Origin: a virus
Taxonomy: Duplodnaviria > Caudoviricetes
DNA length: 60,122 nt
Direction: 5' to 3' (one strand)
Virus record (IMG/VR): IMGVR_UViG_3300046718_000378
Coordinates: 1-60,122 of that record
Position 1 is the stretch's first letter; every line of letters begins with the position of its first letter. Both the position numbers and the translations under genes were made by a program. The notes beneath the pieces were generated by a model, which had not been told where the DNA came from, did no database searches, and saw only the letters and a program-made list of their open reading frames with translations. Shown here piece after piece: positions 43,976 through 54,118 of the stretch.

Positions 43976-44623
43976 TCACCAGACGTCAGCAAACGTCCCG
44001 CCCACGGTCTGGGCCACGTCCGCCCAGGACGCCGTAGTGTTCGCCACGCCGCCCTGTGCCACGGTGCCCCACACGAACGTCCCGGGCACTACGGCCTGGA
44101 CCTTCACGCCCGCGGCCTTGGCCTTCTGCATGAGCTGCATGAGCTCCAAGGCGGACAGCACGGCGAAGCCGCCTACCCACTGGAACAGCAGGCCGGCTGG
44201 GAACGTCTCGCGCACCGTAACGACCATGGTCGGGTCGGCCAGGTCCAGGATAGCCAGCAGCTCGTTCATGCTGCCCTGGCTGGTGTTCACCAAGATGCGC
44301 ACGTTGATCGCCACCCGGTAGGCGACGTCGGTGCGGTCATCCCGGAACTCACCTACCTGCGCACCGAGGAAGTCCAGCTGTTCGCCCTCGGCCGTGTCTA
44401 TGTCGAACTTGACCCGGTGGTCGGCGGCCACGTCTTCGAGCTCCTGCACCTGGGTGAGGAAGGCTTCGAGCGCCTTCAACGTCCGGGGCTTGCGGAAGAA
44501 CTCGATGAGCAGCGCCTGGCCCTCCGCCACGTGGGCGGCGTTGTAGACGTACGTACCTTCGACGGCGGGCTCTGCTACCGGGGTCGGCGACTCAGGCAGG
44601 GTGTAGCTTGCTGACTCAGCCAT
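43976..44623 (-). CDS. Baseplate wedge protein (DUF2612-like)
   Basis: DIDTAEGEQLD.LG..VG..R....D..YR. Confidence 0.8.
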   Translation of the reverse strand: MAESASYTLPESPTPVAEPAVEGTYVYNAAHVAEGQALLIEFFRKPRTLKALEAFLTQVQELEDVAADHRVKFDIDTAEGEQLDFLGAQVGEFRDDRTDVAYRVAINVRILVNTSQGSMNELLAILDLADPTMVVTVRETFPAGLLFQWVGGFAVLSALELMQLMQKAKAAGVKVQAVVPGTFVWGTVAQGGVANTTASWADVAQTVGGTFADVW

Positions 44624-44624
44624 G

Positions 44625-45647
44625 TCACGGGACCTTCGGTTGGAGGATTGACAGGTGCGTCAAGTATGCCGCGCAGTTCTGATTCCTGGTGAGCACTAGG
44701 CCGGGGTTGGACATCGTCGACGTAGCCCGTCTGCCGGAGAGCCCCGACGCGAACGAGTAGATGTCCGTGGGCATCGTGCCAGCGTAGGCCGCGTGCCCCG
44801 TGTGCCCAATGCGCTTCGCGGGCATGCCCACAGAGAACACGTTATTGCCGAGCGTGGCGGAGGCGCCCACCAAGGTACTGGGGTGGAAGCCCAGCGTATC
44901 CCCGTCTGTGTAGCTGTGGAAGTTGACAGCGTCTCCTTGGTAGCGCCCGAGAATCTGGTTGTCCCGCTCGGCTGACTGCCAGTAGGCCGTAGAGTTGGCC
45001 ATGGAGGCTATGCCGAACACGAGGTATGTGGTGCTCGTTACGCCCGTGCCTGCCCAGCGCACCACCACCGCGACCGGCGCGGCTGCGTTGTAGTCGGCGA
45101 GCTGGGCAAACGGCATCCACAGGCACTGGTGCGTGAAGCTGCCGGTGGCGCCGAAGGCACACGACGCAGCCGCTAGCCCCGAGCCGTTGATCAGCGCGTT
45201 CTGCCGGACGCCGCCCGTGCCGTTGAACGCAAGCGAGCCCTTCGACCACCACGTCTTACCGTCGATCGTGTATGAGCCGGCCGTGGTCATCGTCTGGGAT
45301 GCCTGCGCGGTCATGTCGACGGCGTAGATGGCGCCCCAGCCCTGGCCGGCCGTAGGCGCTACGGTGGGCTCCGGGCCTGGCTCCACCAGCAGCTCGAAGG
45401 CGGCAGGCCAGCGGCTACTGCGCACGAGCTCGAACACCGTACCGCCGCTGGTGGCAGTGGACAGCGAGTATCCCGTGGTGAAGTGGCCGTCGCCGTCGTT
45501 GTCCACGTAGTAGGCCAGCTCGGCTTTGCCGCTGGCGGTGAAGCGCACGGACACGGACAGCACCGCACGGGTGCACGTGAAGTTCATCGGCTCGCTGGTG
45601 TTAGCCAGTTGGCCGGGGGAGTCAATGAAGGTGACCGCCGACGTCAC
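44625..45647 (-). CDS. Putative tail fibre/receptor-binding protein
   Basis: 340 aa beta-rich protein between baseplate genes. Confidence 0.55.
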   Translation of the reverse strand: MTSAVTFIDSPGQLANTSEPMNFTCTRAVLSVSVRFTASGKAELAYYVDNDGDGHFTTGYSLSTATSGGTVFELVRSSRWPAAFELLVEPGPEPTVAPTAGQGWGAIYAVDMTAQASQTMTTAGSYTIDGKTWWSKGSLAFNGTGGVRQNALINGSGLAAASCAFGATGSFTHQCLWMPFAQLADYNAAAPVAVVVRWAGTGVTSTTYLVFGIASMANSTAYWQSAERDNQILGRYQGDAVNFHSYTDGDTLGFHPSTLVGASATLGNNVFSVGMPAKRIGHTGHAAYAGTMPTDIYSFASGLSGRRATSTMSNPGLVLTRNQNCAAYLTHLSILQPKVP

Positions 45648-46819
45648 GGCACACCGAGGACGGGCAGGGCGTTGACCACGATGCGGCTGGTGTCCAGCCG
45701 GGCAATCTCACGCACGCCGATAGGGAAGTTGGTCGTGGTGGCCACGAAGGCCCCTGTGGGGGCGTCGTCCATCTCGAAGGCCACGTCGACCACGCCGGGC
45801 AGGTCCATCAGCACCTGGGTGATCCTGGCCACGATCACGTCGTTGCCCGGTCCCAGGTTGGCGTCGCCCCAGTCCGCCAGGGCCTGGGCGAAGGCGTCGG
45901 CGCCGATGAACTGCCCGGACAAGTAGTTGACCTGGATGGCGAAATACATGTCCACGTCGTCAGGGCGGCTGAAGCCGATGTTGTGGCCGTTGCCCTGGTC
46001 ATCCGTGACCACTACGACAGTGGACCCGTACGCCTGGATGCCCGCCGCCTTCGTGTCGAAGATAGCCTGCGCGATGTCGTCATCGTCCCCGCCAAGCACG
46101 AGGACTTCGAACGAGTGCCCCGGCAGCCCGTTGGCGTCTACGGAATCGCCGTCGTTCTCATAGACCCGCACGAAGTCCGACACCTGCAGCACGTCCGCGC
46201 GGATGGCATCAACGGTGCTGGAGCCGCGCCGGGCAAGCTCTTGCTGCCAGCGCAGCCGCAGCGCTGCGTCGGTCTCCGCCTCAGAGCCCAGGTCCGCATC
46301 GAGCGGGTTGGTGCCGCTGGTGAACCCGACCACAGGGGAAGCGATCACGGTGAGCGTGCCGGCGTTCGCGCGCACTGCGCCGGTGGCCTCGGACTCGAAC
46401 ACCTGGTCAACAAGCGTGCCACCGACCGTGGTGATTTCGTCCCGGTTCGCGAAGCGCGCGGTGGGGTCGCCAACAACGTGCATCACCAAGGTACCGACCG
46501 TATAGGTGCCGGCAGCGAGCGTGACCGTCTGCAGCACCTGCGAAGGCGTGGCACCGCGACGGTTGACGCCGACCTTGCGGGTGTGGGACTCGAGGGCCGC
46601 GCCGGTCGCCTGGTAGGGGTCCTGGTTCGCGTAGTTCTCCTGCTCGACTTCCCAGAGCTGCCGGAGCTGTGAGCAGATCACGCCAACGAGCTGCCCCCAC
46701 GGGCTGGTCTCGCCCAGGTCCAGCTGGTCAGAGATGCCCCCGAGCAGCACCTCGTTGACTTCCTGCCGGAGAACCTCTAGCGATTTCGCACTAAACCCTG
46801 CGCTGGTAATCCCGGCCAT
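45644..46819 (-). CDS. Baseplate J-like protein
   Basis: ETDAALRLR, VYEND, GLPGHSFEV.V.GG, FSRP. Confidence 0.9.
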   Translation of the reverse strand: MAGITSAGFSAKSLEVLRQEVNEVLLGGISDQLDLGETSPWGQLVGVICSQLRQLWEVEQENYANQDPYQATGAALESHTRKVGVNRRGATPSQVLQTVTLAAGTYTVGTLVMHVVGDPTARFANRDEITTVGGTLVDQVFESEATGAVRANAGTLTVIASPVVGFTSGTNPLDADLGSEAETDAALRLRWQQELARRGSSTVDAIRADVLQVSDFVRVYENDGDSVDANGLPGHSFEVLVLGGDDDDIAQAIFDTKAAGIQAYGSTVVVVTDDQGNGHNIGFSRPDDVDMYFAIQVNYLSGQFIGADAFAQALADWGDANLGPGNDVIVARITQVLMDLPGVVDVAFEMDDAPTGAFVATTTNFPIGVREIARLDTSRIVVNALPVLGVP

Positions 46820-46835
46820 ACGCACAGCATAGCAG

Positions 46836-47234
46836 TCACACTGCGACTACGAACGGCGCGTAGTCCCGCGAACGGAACGTGGTGGCGTCCTTGAGCCGGG
46901 CTTCAAACGTGACGGTCATCTCACGGGTACGGCTCACCGAGTAGGCGAACTTCGTCAGGGCGTCGACGCCTTCCGTTCCCAGGATGACCTGGGAGAAGAT
47001 GGACCGGATGATGGCGTCGGATGGCCCCTTCTTCAGGATGTGCTCGAAGAAAGGGGTGCCGGCGTCCAGGTCCAGGAACCACTCGCCGCGCCAGAACTCG
47101 AACCGAACGCGCAAGCGCTGGGCTACTTCGTTCCCCAGCACGGTGTGGAACACGAAGTCCCCGGTCTCCGAGAGCAGCAGGTCCCCTTCGTCCGGGTTGA
47201 TGTCGTCGGCTTTGATGCAGATTGCGGGTTCCAT
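46836..47234 (-). CDS. Baseplate wedge/sheath initiator (gp25-like)
   Basis: QRL..R...RGEWFLD...GTP. Confidence 0.8.
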   Translation of the reverse strand: MEPAICIKADDINPDEGDLLLSETGDFVFHTVLGNEVAQRLRVRFEFWRGEWFLDLDAGTPFFEHILKKGPSDAIIRSIFSQVILGTEGVDALTKFAYSVSRTREMTVTFEARLKDATTFRSRDYAPFVVAV

Positions 47235-47235
47235 G

Positions 47236-47832
47236 TCAGGACTCCAGCTTCAGAACGGTGGACCCGCTGGTAGCGAGCGGGTTGGCGTAGGCGGCGAACT
47301 GCGTCTTGAGCGCGGCAAGCCCAGGCTCTTGCGGGCCAGGGGTGCAGGTCGCGAGCGCCGACAGGAACTCGTCTACCTTGGACGCCAGGGCGGCGGCGTC
47401 GCCAGGTGCCGGGAAAGGGCTCTGGGCGGGCACCAGGCCGGGGACAGCCACGGCACTGGACCAGCTATGCACCCGCGCGTCCTCGGGCTCTGCAGGCTGC
47501 CCTGTGCGCCGCCAGCCGCTGATGTCCCGGTCCATGCAGACCAGCAGCACAGAATCGCCGGGGGCGAGCGTGCCGAGCACCTGGAAGCCTCGACCCACGG
47601 GCCAGCAAACGGGCACGTCCTGTAGGGCAGGGTGCTCCTCCACGTCGTCCAGGTCCGCGTCGTTGGCCGAAGGCACCAGCCTGTGTACGCCCATGCGCAC
47701 GGTGCAGGTGCTGCGGGCGGCGTCGTACGACACCACCGTACCCGGCGTGGCCACGCCAGTGCGGGCTAGCCGGACGTCGAGGGCCATCCGAATGTTCTGC
47801 CCCGGCAGCGGGGTCGTGTTTGCGATTGACAC
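47236..47832 (-). CDS. Baseplate spike (Gp138-like)
   Basis: PG.VVSYD, DVPVCWP, GDSVLLV..DRDI..W, R.HS.S.AVA.PG. Confidence 0.85.
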   Translation of the reverse strand: MSIANTTPLPGQNIRMALDVRLARTGVATPGTVVSYDAARSTCTVRMGVHRLVPSANDADLDDVEEHPALQDVPVCWPVGRGFQVLGTLAPGDSVLLVCMDRDISGWRRTGQPAEPEDARVHSWSSAVAVPGLVPAQSPFPAPGDAAALASKVDEFLSALATCTPGPQEPGLAALKTQFAAYANPLATSGSTVLKLES

Positions 47833-47862
47833 CCCGTAAGCCTAGCAGGTAGCCTTTGACCT

Positions 47863-48072
47863 ATGAAAGCCCTCGAGTTCGTAGCGTCCCTGTTCCTGGT
47901 GTCCTGCCTCGTCGCGGGCTCGTTCTACGTCGGCGCACTGTCCGGTGCGCAGGGTGTGCGGCGATGTGTGGCGGAGGCCCGCACGCTCGACGATGACGAA
48001 GCCATTCCCGGACAGGGTTACGCGTCAGGCTTCGCCAAGCATGTTGAAAACCAGTGCCTCAGCCTGGAGTAA
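47863..48072 (+). CDS. Small membrane protein, antisense within tail module
   Basis: N-terminal TM; TAGCCT 7 nt before ATG. Confidence 0.55.
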   Translation: MKALEFVASLFLVSCLVAGSFYVGALSGAQGVRRCVAEARTLDDDEAIPGQGYASGFAKHVENQCLSLE

Positions 48073-48940
48073 GACCCAGCCTGGCGTACCAAGCCTGCCC
48101 CGCCAGCTCCAGGTCGTATTCGACCGTCTGGATTCGGAACACGCCTGACGTCTTCTTGGACTGGAGTTGCACGAAGCCGCCCGGCGCAATCGTAGGCAGC
48201 AGCAGGCATGTGACTACAACTTGTCCCGACGAGTCGAGTTCGGGCGAGCCCACCATTCCCGTGTTCGAGTCCAGATAGAACGCCGTGGTGTTGAGCCCCT
48301 GGCCGGCAGCCAGGAACTGCAGCACGCCGTTCTGGATCGAGTAGGTAATGCCGGGGCGGCGCAGCACCCCGGAAAGCTCCGCCGACGCCTGGCCCGATAG
48401 CAGCGTGCCCGACGTGTAGGGCTGCTGCAGCAGGTGTGCCACCGATACGATGTTGCCCAGCCCCAGCCCCATAGCCGCTGCGCAAGCTTCGACCACGGCG
48501 TAGCGGGTGGTGCCGGCCGGGAATGACTGCTGCACTCGTGACGATATTACCGAGCGCCCCCCGTCCTCGCCTTCAAGTTCCGTAGTGGCGGTGCTACCGT
48601 CGCTGGTGGTGACCGCGCGCCGTAGGTCTCCGCGCCACAGCAGGTGCATGCCTGTGGTCTCGTAGCCGGCCTCAAGTTCTACGGCGATGCGCCCGAGCTT
48701 AGGGGTGCTGGAGGAGACCTTGGCTTTTTTTGGGTCGCGCTTCTGCCCCTTGACGCGCTTGGGGTCGTAGAGGTTCAACGCCTCGATCTGCCGCTGGTGG
48801 TCGGGCGACAGGTTGTAGACCGTGATCTGGGCGCAGTTAGGCTCCGGGCGCAGCGATTTCTTGATCTGCGCCGTGAAGTTCAGGCCCTCGAACTGCAGGC
48901 CGTCAATCGTCAGCCGGTACTTGCGGTTTTTCAGTTCCAT
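48059..48940 (-). CDS. Baseplate hub protein
   Basis: N.AQITVYNLS, LEAGY, YSIQNG, TGMVGSP. Confidence 0.85.
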   Translation of the reverse strand: MELKNRKYRLTIDGLQFEGLNFTAQIKKSLRPEPNCAQITVYNLSPDHQRQIEALNLYDPKRVKGQKRDPKKAKVSSSTPKLGRIAVELEAGYETTGMHLLWRGDLRRAVTTSDGSTATTELEGEDGGRSVISSRVQQSFPAGTTRYAVVEACAAAMGLGLGNIVSVAHLLQQPYTSGTLLSGQASAELSGVLRRPGITYSIQNGVLQFLAAGQGLNTTAFYLDSNTGMVGSPELDSSGQVVVTCLLLPTIAPGGFVQLQSKKTSGVFRIQTVEYDLELAGQAWYARLGLTPG

Positions 48941-49284
48941 CAGTCGACCGTCTGGTAGAGCAGGTAGACGCGTCCCTGGGGGTCTCGTGTTGATGGGCCG
49001 GACACGAAGTCCTCAAAACCTGGGTCTAGCTCCTGCTCCGTGATGTCGTACACCCACAGCGCTCCCGGTGGGCAGGACGCCAGATGGCGGCAGTGCTGCA
49101 GCAGGTCTTGGTTGACCACGATCTTGCGCGGATGGAACAGCACGTCGTTGCCCTGGGCCAGCCCAAGGTACCAGCCGCTGCGGCTGTTCCACTCGAAGCG
49201 CAGGGTGTAGTCTTGGTCCGACAGCGTGTTGCGCTGGGTGAAGAACGGCTTGCCCTTCGGCAACTGGATCACGGTCAACGCCAT
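48940..49284 (-). CDS. Baseplate plug-like protein
   Basis: 114 aa; YTLRFEWN.R..WYL. Confidence 0.7.
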   Translation of the reverse strand: MALTVIQLPKGKPFFTQRNTLSDQDYTLRFEWNSRSGWYLGLAQGNDVLFHPRKIVVNQDLLQHCRHLASCPPGALWVYDITEQELDPGFEDFVSGPSTRDPQGRVYLLYQTVD

Positions 49285-49299
49285 ACCGTAGGCTAGCAG

Positions 49300-50148
49300 C
49301 TACTGGGCTCCGGGGTCGCTGGAATAGTTGCGGTCATGGATGTCCAGCAGCTGGTCCTGGATGCGGCCCTGCACGGACTGCAGGTCTTCGCCGCGCCCAT
49401 CCATCTCGTAGCCTTTGGGCTTGGCTCCCGCGTCCACCACGGGCTCGGCGCGCTTGGTGGCAACGCGGGCCGGTGCCCGGCGCACACCCACCGTGCGGAC
49501 TTCGGCTCTGCGAAACTCCACGAAATCCATGGAAAACGATATGGCATCGTGGCCAGCGCGCGGCGCCGACAGCGACGTCATGATCATTTGCTCGTAGTCC
49601 TTGACCCCTGTAGCCACGAACAGCTCCGTGCCGGTGACGAGCAGTGACCACAGGACGTCAAACACGGCCCTTACTCGGTCAATGCGCTCCGGGAACTGCA
49701 GCGACAACCCTCCGTACTGGTGCGGCGTCGAGCGGTACTCGCTGGGCTCTACGGTGATGGGCGTGTGCGGGCGGGGCAGCCCGTTGATGCGCAGGCTGGC
49801 CGGAGGTATCTGGCCGCCACGCACCACGGCTACCTTGGACTGCTTGCGGTCGTAGCCCGTTATCTCGAACCCCATCTTGCTGCCGAACCTCGGCCCGAGC
49901 TGCCCGTCTGGGCCTTCCTGCCGGCTCACCGCTGCCGCCACCTCATTGATGGGCGTGTTCGTGATGACGCACTCCAAGGACAGCCGCGCCAGGTTGATTT
50001 TGACGTGGTCGGTGACCGCCACGCCGAGCTCAATCGGGTGTTCCGTGGGGGATGCCGTGAACGACGGCGCTTCCGCCGAGGTGACGTCAAACGTCACGAA
50101 CGACATCACTCCGCTATTCGGGGCCGTGTACCGCAAGAACGCCATCAC
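49300..50148 (-). CDS. Dit-like tail tube initiator
   Basis: TEHPIE.G..VTDH after tape measure. Confidence 0.75.
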   Translation of the reverse strand: MMAFLRYTAPNSGVMSFVTFDVTSAEAPSFTASPTEHPIELGVAVTDHVKINLARLSLECVITNTPINEVAAAVSRQEGPDGQLGPRFGSKMGFEITGYDRKQSKVAVVRGGQIPPASLRINGLPRPHTPITVEPSEYRSTPHQYGGLSLQFPERIDRVRAVFDVLWSLLVTGTELFVATGVKDYEQMIMTSLSAPRAGHDAISFSMDFVEFRRAEVRTVGVRRAPARVATKRAEPVVDAGAKPKGYEMDGRGEDLQSVQGRIQDQLLDIHDRNYSSDPGAQ

Positions 50149-51815
50149 TCGCCCCCTTCTTCTTGTGGCCCGGACTGTTCCGCCAGCGCCGCGGCTTCCT
50201 CACGGTGCCACGTACCGAGCGCCTTGTATACCGCGCGCTCGGTCGTTGCTGGGTCGCCGTCGCCGAACGTCATATTGAACGTAGCCTGGATGGGTCCACG
50301 TCCGTTGTGTACGCCGCTCGCGCCGCGCGCGTTGTTGATGCGCGGGCCGGCCGGCGTGTAGGCAATGCCTTCGACCAATCCCTCGCCGATGTCCTCGGAC
50401 TTGGGTCGCGCCCTGCCGGTGAAGAGCGCGGCCTTGCGCTGCATGTCGAACGCCTGGCGGATCTGCCCGTTGTCCATGCCCGAGCCGGACATCGCATTCT
50501 GGAACGCCTGCAGGTCGCCCTTCTGCACCGCTGCGTCAGCCTGCACGTTCTGGATGCGGGCATCTTCGTCGCCCTTAGGCTTCAGGATGTTGGGCCGCCA
50601 GCCGACGTCAAAACCGCTTCGTCCAGTCGCGAAGTATTCGATGACGCGTGTTGGCAGGGCGGTGACCGGGAACCAGCGGTAGATTTCTTTCATGTACTGG
50701 GCGGCGTTGTGTAGGTTGATCGCCCACTTCTCGAAGGAAGCATTGACCAGGTCGGCCGGGCGCTTGAGCCCGGTGGTTTGAGTGATCAGGTCCCCGATGA
50801 CCGACTTGCCGCCGCGCATCATGGTCCAGATGTCTTCGAACACCAGGAACGCCGCAGCGGCCAGCAGGATCTTGCCTACGAACAGCCCGATCTGCGCGTT
50901 GATGGCGGTCTGGGCCATGCCCGCCTTTATGCACGCCGCCTGGTACGCGAGCAAGCCCATGGCCGCCTTGTATACGGCGAACGCGAACGCACCCACCAGC
51001 AAGGTCTGCAAGGTGCTCGTGCGCAGCGTGATGGCTTCTAGCGCCTCCACCAGCTTCTCGCCCCAGTGCAGGAGCTTGGTGGCCGGCCCCAGCAGGAACT
51101 TCCCCAGGCGCACCGTAAGCGTCTTCCATCGGTCCTGCAGGCGCCGTAAGGAGTTGGCCCAGTCCTTGCCCGTTCTGGCGGCGTCGCCTTGTTTCTTGGC
51201 CGTGTCCTGAATGATCTTCTCGAAGCGAAGTACCGTCTTCTCCTGCAAGGTCATCTGCGCGAGGTTGCGCTTGTCGCCGCGCTTGTGATTCAGGTCCGAC
51301 AGCGAAGTGTCCGAGATGTCAATACCCAGCCGGCGAACGGCCTCGGTCTCACCGCTGATGCCGGAGAACAAGCGCATCTGCGCTTCCTCGTCCGACGTGT
51401 TGTAGAACGACGCCAAGTCAACCGCGAGGGCGGACAGCTTCTGGGACATCGTAGCGATGTCTTGGTTGCTGCCCTCAAACACCGGCTGCAGGAAGGACCC
51501 GAAGCGGCCTACGGAGTCTTGGAGCGTGTACTCCGAACGCCCTAGCTCCTTGGACATGGTCTTGGACCACTCCAGCACGGAGTCCTTGTTGGCCCCGAAG
51601 GTCTGGGTGAGGACGTTCAAGGACTCGTTGGCGTCGGACGCCGCGTCCACCAGCTTGTACGCCCCGAAGGCGGCGGCGGTGAACCCGGCGGCTGCGTACG
51701 TGCCGAACTTCTTGATGTTCTCCTTGACCTTTTCGATGCGCTTGTCCAGCTTGGTCAACGGGGCATCGTCGACCAAAACTGCGAAGCGGGCGAGTACGTC
51801 ACGGAGCAGGGCCAT
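50145..51815 (-). CDS. Tape measure protein
   Basis: 556 aa helical; AVDLASFYN, SGISGETE..RRLGI; hydrophobic segments. Confidence 0.88.
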   Translation of the reverse strand: MALLRDVLARFAVLVDDAPLTKLDKRIEKVKENIKKFGTYAAAGFTAAAFGAYKLVDAASDANESLNVLTQTFGANKDSVLEWSKTMSKELGRSEYTLQDSVGRFGSFLQPVFEGSNQDIATMSQKLSALAVDLASFYNTSDEEAQMRLFSGISGETEAVRRLGIDISDTSLSDLNHKRGDKRNLAQMTLQEKTVLRFEKIIQDTAKKQGDAARTGKDWANSLRRLQDRWKTLTVRLGKFLLGPATKLLHWGEKLVEALEAITLRTSTLQTLLVGAFAFAVYKAAMGLLAYQAACIKAGMAQTAINAQIGLFVGKILLAAAAFLVFEDIWTMMRGGKSVIGDLITQTTGLKRPADLVNASFEKWAINLHNAAQYMKEIYRWFPVTALPTRVIEYFATGRSGFDVGWRPNILKPKGDEDARIQNVQADAAVQKGDLQAFQNAMSGSGMDNGQIRQAFDMQRKAALFTGRARPKSEDIGEGLVEGIAYTPAGPRINNARGASGVHNGRGPIQATFNMTFGDGDPATTERAVYKALGTWHREEAAALAEQSGPQEEGGE

Positions 51816-51818
51816 GTG

Positions 51819-52089
51819 TCAGCCTAGCACGCCAGGCTTCATTTTCCCTTAGGCTTGCTCATCTCGGCCTGTAAGTCCTCCATCATATCCATGACGGCGT
51901 GGGCGTCGTACACCTGCTCTAGGGTCATGCCCTGCGTCACCTCGCCAGGGAGTCGGAGCAGGTTGCCTTTGCGGTCCACGCAAAGCCGCCACACGATCCA
52001 GTCGATCCCGTAGGGGACCGGAGCCGTGACTACGCCTTCGGCTCTGCCTTTGCCGGGACGACGCTCTCTAGCCCGGCGCGTGTTTTTGC
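51819..52089 (-). CDS. Tail assembly chaperone, -1 frameshift extension (gpGT-like)
   Basis: Open -1 frame ...GIDWIVWRL...TLEQVYDAH...; candidate slip GCAAAAAC at 52082-52089. Confidence 0.7.
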
Positions 52090-52485
52090 AATGAGGCTAC
52101 CGAAGTTAACCTGCACGCACTTGTCGAGCCAGACGAAAAGTTCGTCAAGGGCGCCCGCGAACACCTCGTCCATCGGGTTGATTTCTTCGCCGTTCTTGGA
52201 CTTCGGGATCTTCTTCAGAAGAAGCTCGCGGCCGTCTGCGAACCTGCAGGTGGTGGTCTCGCCGAAGACCTTGATGTACATCTCCAGGTCATCGCTCGGC
52301 AGCTGTCCAGCCATGCCCGCCATTTGGAACACAGGCAGACCGCCTACGGCGGACTCGTCCATGAAGCCGGCGATCAACCGCTGGAGCTTACCGTACACCT
52401 TGAGTGACTCGTCAAAGTTCAGACAGCGGATGGTGAGCGTTTTGTCGCCCAGTTCTAGCGTTTCGGTTGGGAGCAACAGGTTCAT
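52030..52485 (-). CDS. Tail assembly chaperone (gpG-like)
   Basis: 151 aa between tube and tape measure. Confidence 0.8.
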   Translation of the reverse strand: MNLLLPTETLELGDKTLTIRCLNFDESLKVYGKLQRLIAGFMDESAVGGLPVFQMAGMAGQLPSDDLEMYIKVFGETTTCRFADGRELLLKKIPKSKNGEEINPMDEVFAGALDELFVWLDKCVQVNFGSLIAKTRAGLESVVPAKAEPKA

Positions 52486-53165
52486 AGCCCAAGGATGCGC
52501 CCTGGCACTGTGGATGTCCAGAACCTTTTGTCTGCGAAGTAGGCAGTGTGTGACAGCCCCCACCAACCGGTGAGCAGGCCGCCTACGGACACCTCGACGT
52601 CCCGGACCTTCGGCAGCCACGCGCGCACGGGCCAGCCCAGCATGTCATCCTCGTCGAACGCGTTTACCCACTTGCCGGGGGCGTCCACCTGGGGCGGCAC
52701 CACGAAGCTGGCTTCGGCGCCCTGGTAGAACAGCTCCAGGTTGCAGCCGAAGGTGACCAGCTTGTCCACCTTGACGCCGGTGCGGGAGCGCAGGTAGTCG
52801 CATGCGATTAGCGCGCCTAACGAATGCGCGAAGATGACCACGTTGTCCGCGCGCAGCTGGCGGATTTCGTAGTCCATCACGTAGTGAATGGCGTCGCGGT
52901 GGTGGCCGTACGACAAGGCGTCTGCGAGCGTCCTGATGACCAGCCCCTGCGCCGGACGGCCCGCAGACCCACCGCGCTTGACGGCAGCCGCCATGGCCTG
53001 CTGGGGGGCGTCCAGGATGGGTGCCCAGTGGACGCTGCGACCGTAGAGCGTGCAGCCGCGGGCCGACAGCGCGCCGGCCAACCAGCGCTGGGCGCGGTCG
53101 GCGAAGTCGGCGGTCTGTTGGCCTACGCCGTGAATAAACAGCGCCGCTATGCTTGACGTGGGCAT
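52482..53165 (-). CDS. Alpha/beta hydrolase
   Basis: FIHGVG, AHSLG nucleophile elbow, DDML, SHTAY. Confidence 0.85.
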   Translation of the reverse strand: MPTSSIAALFIHGVGQQTADFADRAQRWLAGALSARGCTLYGRSVHWAPILDAPQQAMAAAVKRGGSAGRPAQGLVIRTLADALSYGHHRDAIHYVMDYEIRQLRADNVVIFAHSLGALIACDYLRSRTGVKVDKLVTFGCNLELFYQGAEASFVVPPQVDAPGKWVNAFDEDDMLGWPVRAWLPKVRDVEVSVGGLLTGWWGLSHTAYFADKRFWTSTVPGRILGL

Positions 53166-53187
53166 GTAGGCCAGTCTAGCATCGGGG

Positions 53188-53640
53188 ATGCTCTGCCAGG
53201 TCTGCGCGGCTCCTCTTCGAAGAGACAACACCATCGGACATTGTCGCGCCCACAGGGAGCTTGCGCCTGCGCGAGTGTCATTCGTGCGCCAGCACCGCGA
53301 AGACAACAGGGACGCCTACGTGGCCAGGTCCACCCGGTGGGCCAAGAAAAACGTTGAGAGGGCCAGGGCTCACCACAACGCCTGGCGCGAACGCAACCCA
53401 GAAACGGCGAGAGTACGTCACCACAGGCGTAGGGTGCGCAAAGCTGGCAACGGGGGCAGCCACACAGCAGCCGACTGGTTCGCCATCCTGGAAGCGTACG
53501 GGCACCGATGCCGCATCTGCGCCGATGACGGCAAGATGACGGTGGACCACATAGTTCCTGTAAGCAGGGGCGGGTCGAACAACATTGACAACCTGCAGCC
53601 GCTTTGTCCTTCCTGCAACAGCAGGAAGGGTGCGCGCTAG
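53188..53640 (+). CDS. HNH homing endonuclease (paralog of 1393-1983)
   Basis: YGHRCRIC...VDHIVPVSRGG..N..NLQPLC..CN.RKG. Confidence 0.88.
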   Translation: MLCQVCAAPLRRDNTIGHCRAHRELAPARVSFVRQHREDNRDAYVARSTRWAKKNVERARAHHNAWRERNPETARVRHHRRRVRKAGNGGSHTAADWFAILEAYGHRCRICADDGKMTVDHIVPVSRGGSNNIDNLQPLCPSCNSRKGAR

Positions 53641-54065
53641 TTGCCAGCGTCGAGGCGCTCCAATCTGGCCACCTGGATGACCCATTCGCGGCTGGTGGCT
53701 TCGCGGTCGTAGGTCACTGACGGCGGGGCGCTGATCCACGCCTGGGCTGCCGTGTACAACGAGCGGCCGTTACGGTCGCGGATGTACAACGGAACCACGC
53801 CGGCACCGTTAGGTGCGTCACGGTCGAGGATGTGCAGGGCGGACAATAGGTCGTTGGCCGTGGACGACTGCATCAGCTTGATCGTGATCGTGGCCATGCG
53901 GTTGAGCGTCTTCGAGCGCGTGACCTGGCCGTCCATGCCTACGACTGCCGTGAAGGTCTCTGCCGCCTGTTCAATCGTGACGCCTTCGCCGTCCTGGAAG
54001 CCTTGAAGCATGATGGGGCCGAGCGCTACCGTGACCTGGTCCGCGTCGTACGTGTAAAAGGCCAT
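53637..54065 (-). CDS. Tail tube protein (DUF3277-like)
   Basis: TYD..QV, VGMDG, I.LMQSS..N..L, REW; SD GGGAG. Confidence 0.88.
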   Translation of the reverse strand: MAFYTYDADQVTVALGPIMLQGFQDGEGVTIEQAAETFTAVVGMDGQVTRSKTLNRMATITIKLMQSSTANDLLSALHILDRDAPNGAGVVPLYIRDRNGRSLYTAAQAWISAPPSVTYDREATSREWVIQVARLERLDAGN

Positions 54066-54118
54066 GATACGAAAACTCCCGCTCCCTCATCGGGCAGCTT
54101 GAAACACCTGCCTAAAAG

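Noticed and set aside
43052-45647. Invertible tail-fibre cassette or DGR
   Set aside because: No inverted repeats or duplicate fibre ends noticed, no reverse transcriptase; recombinase is about 28 kb away
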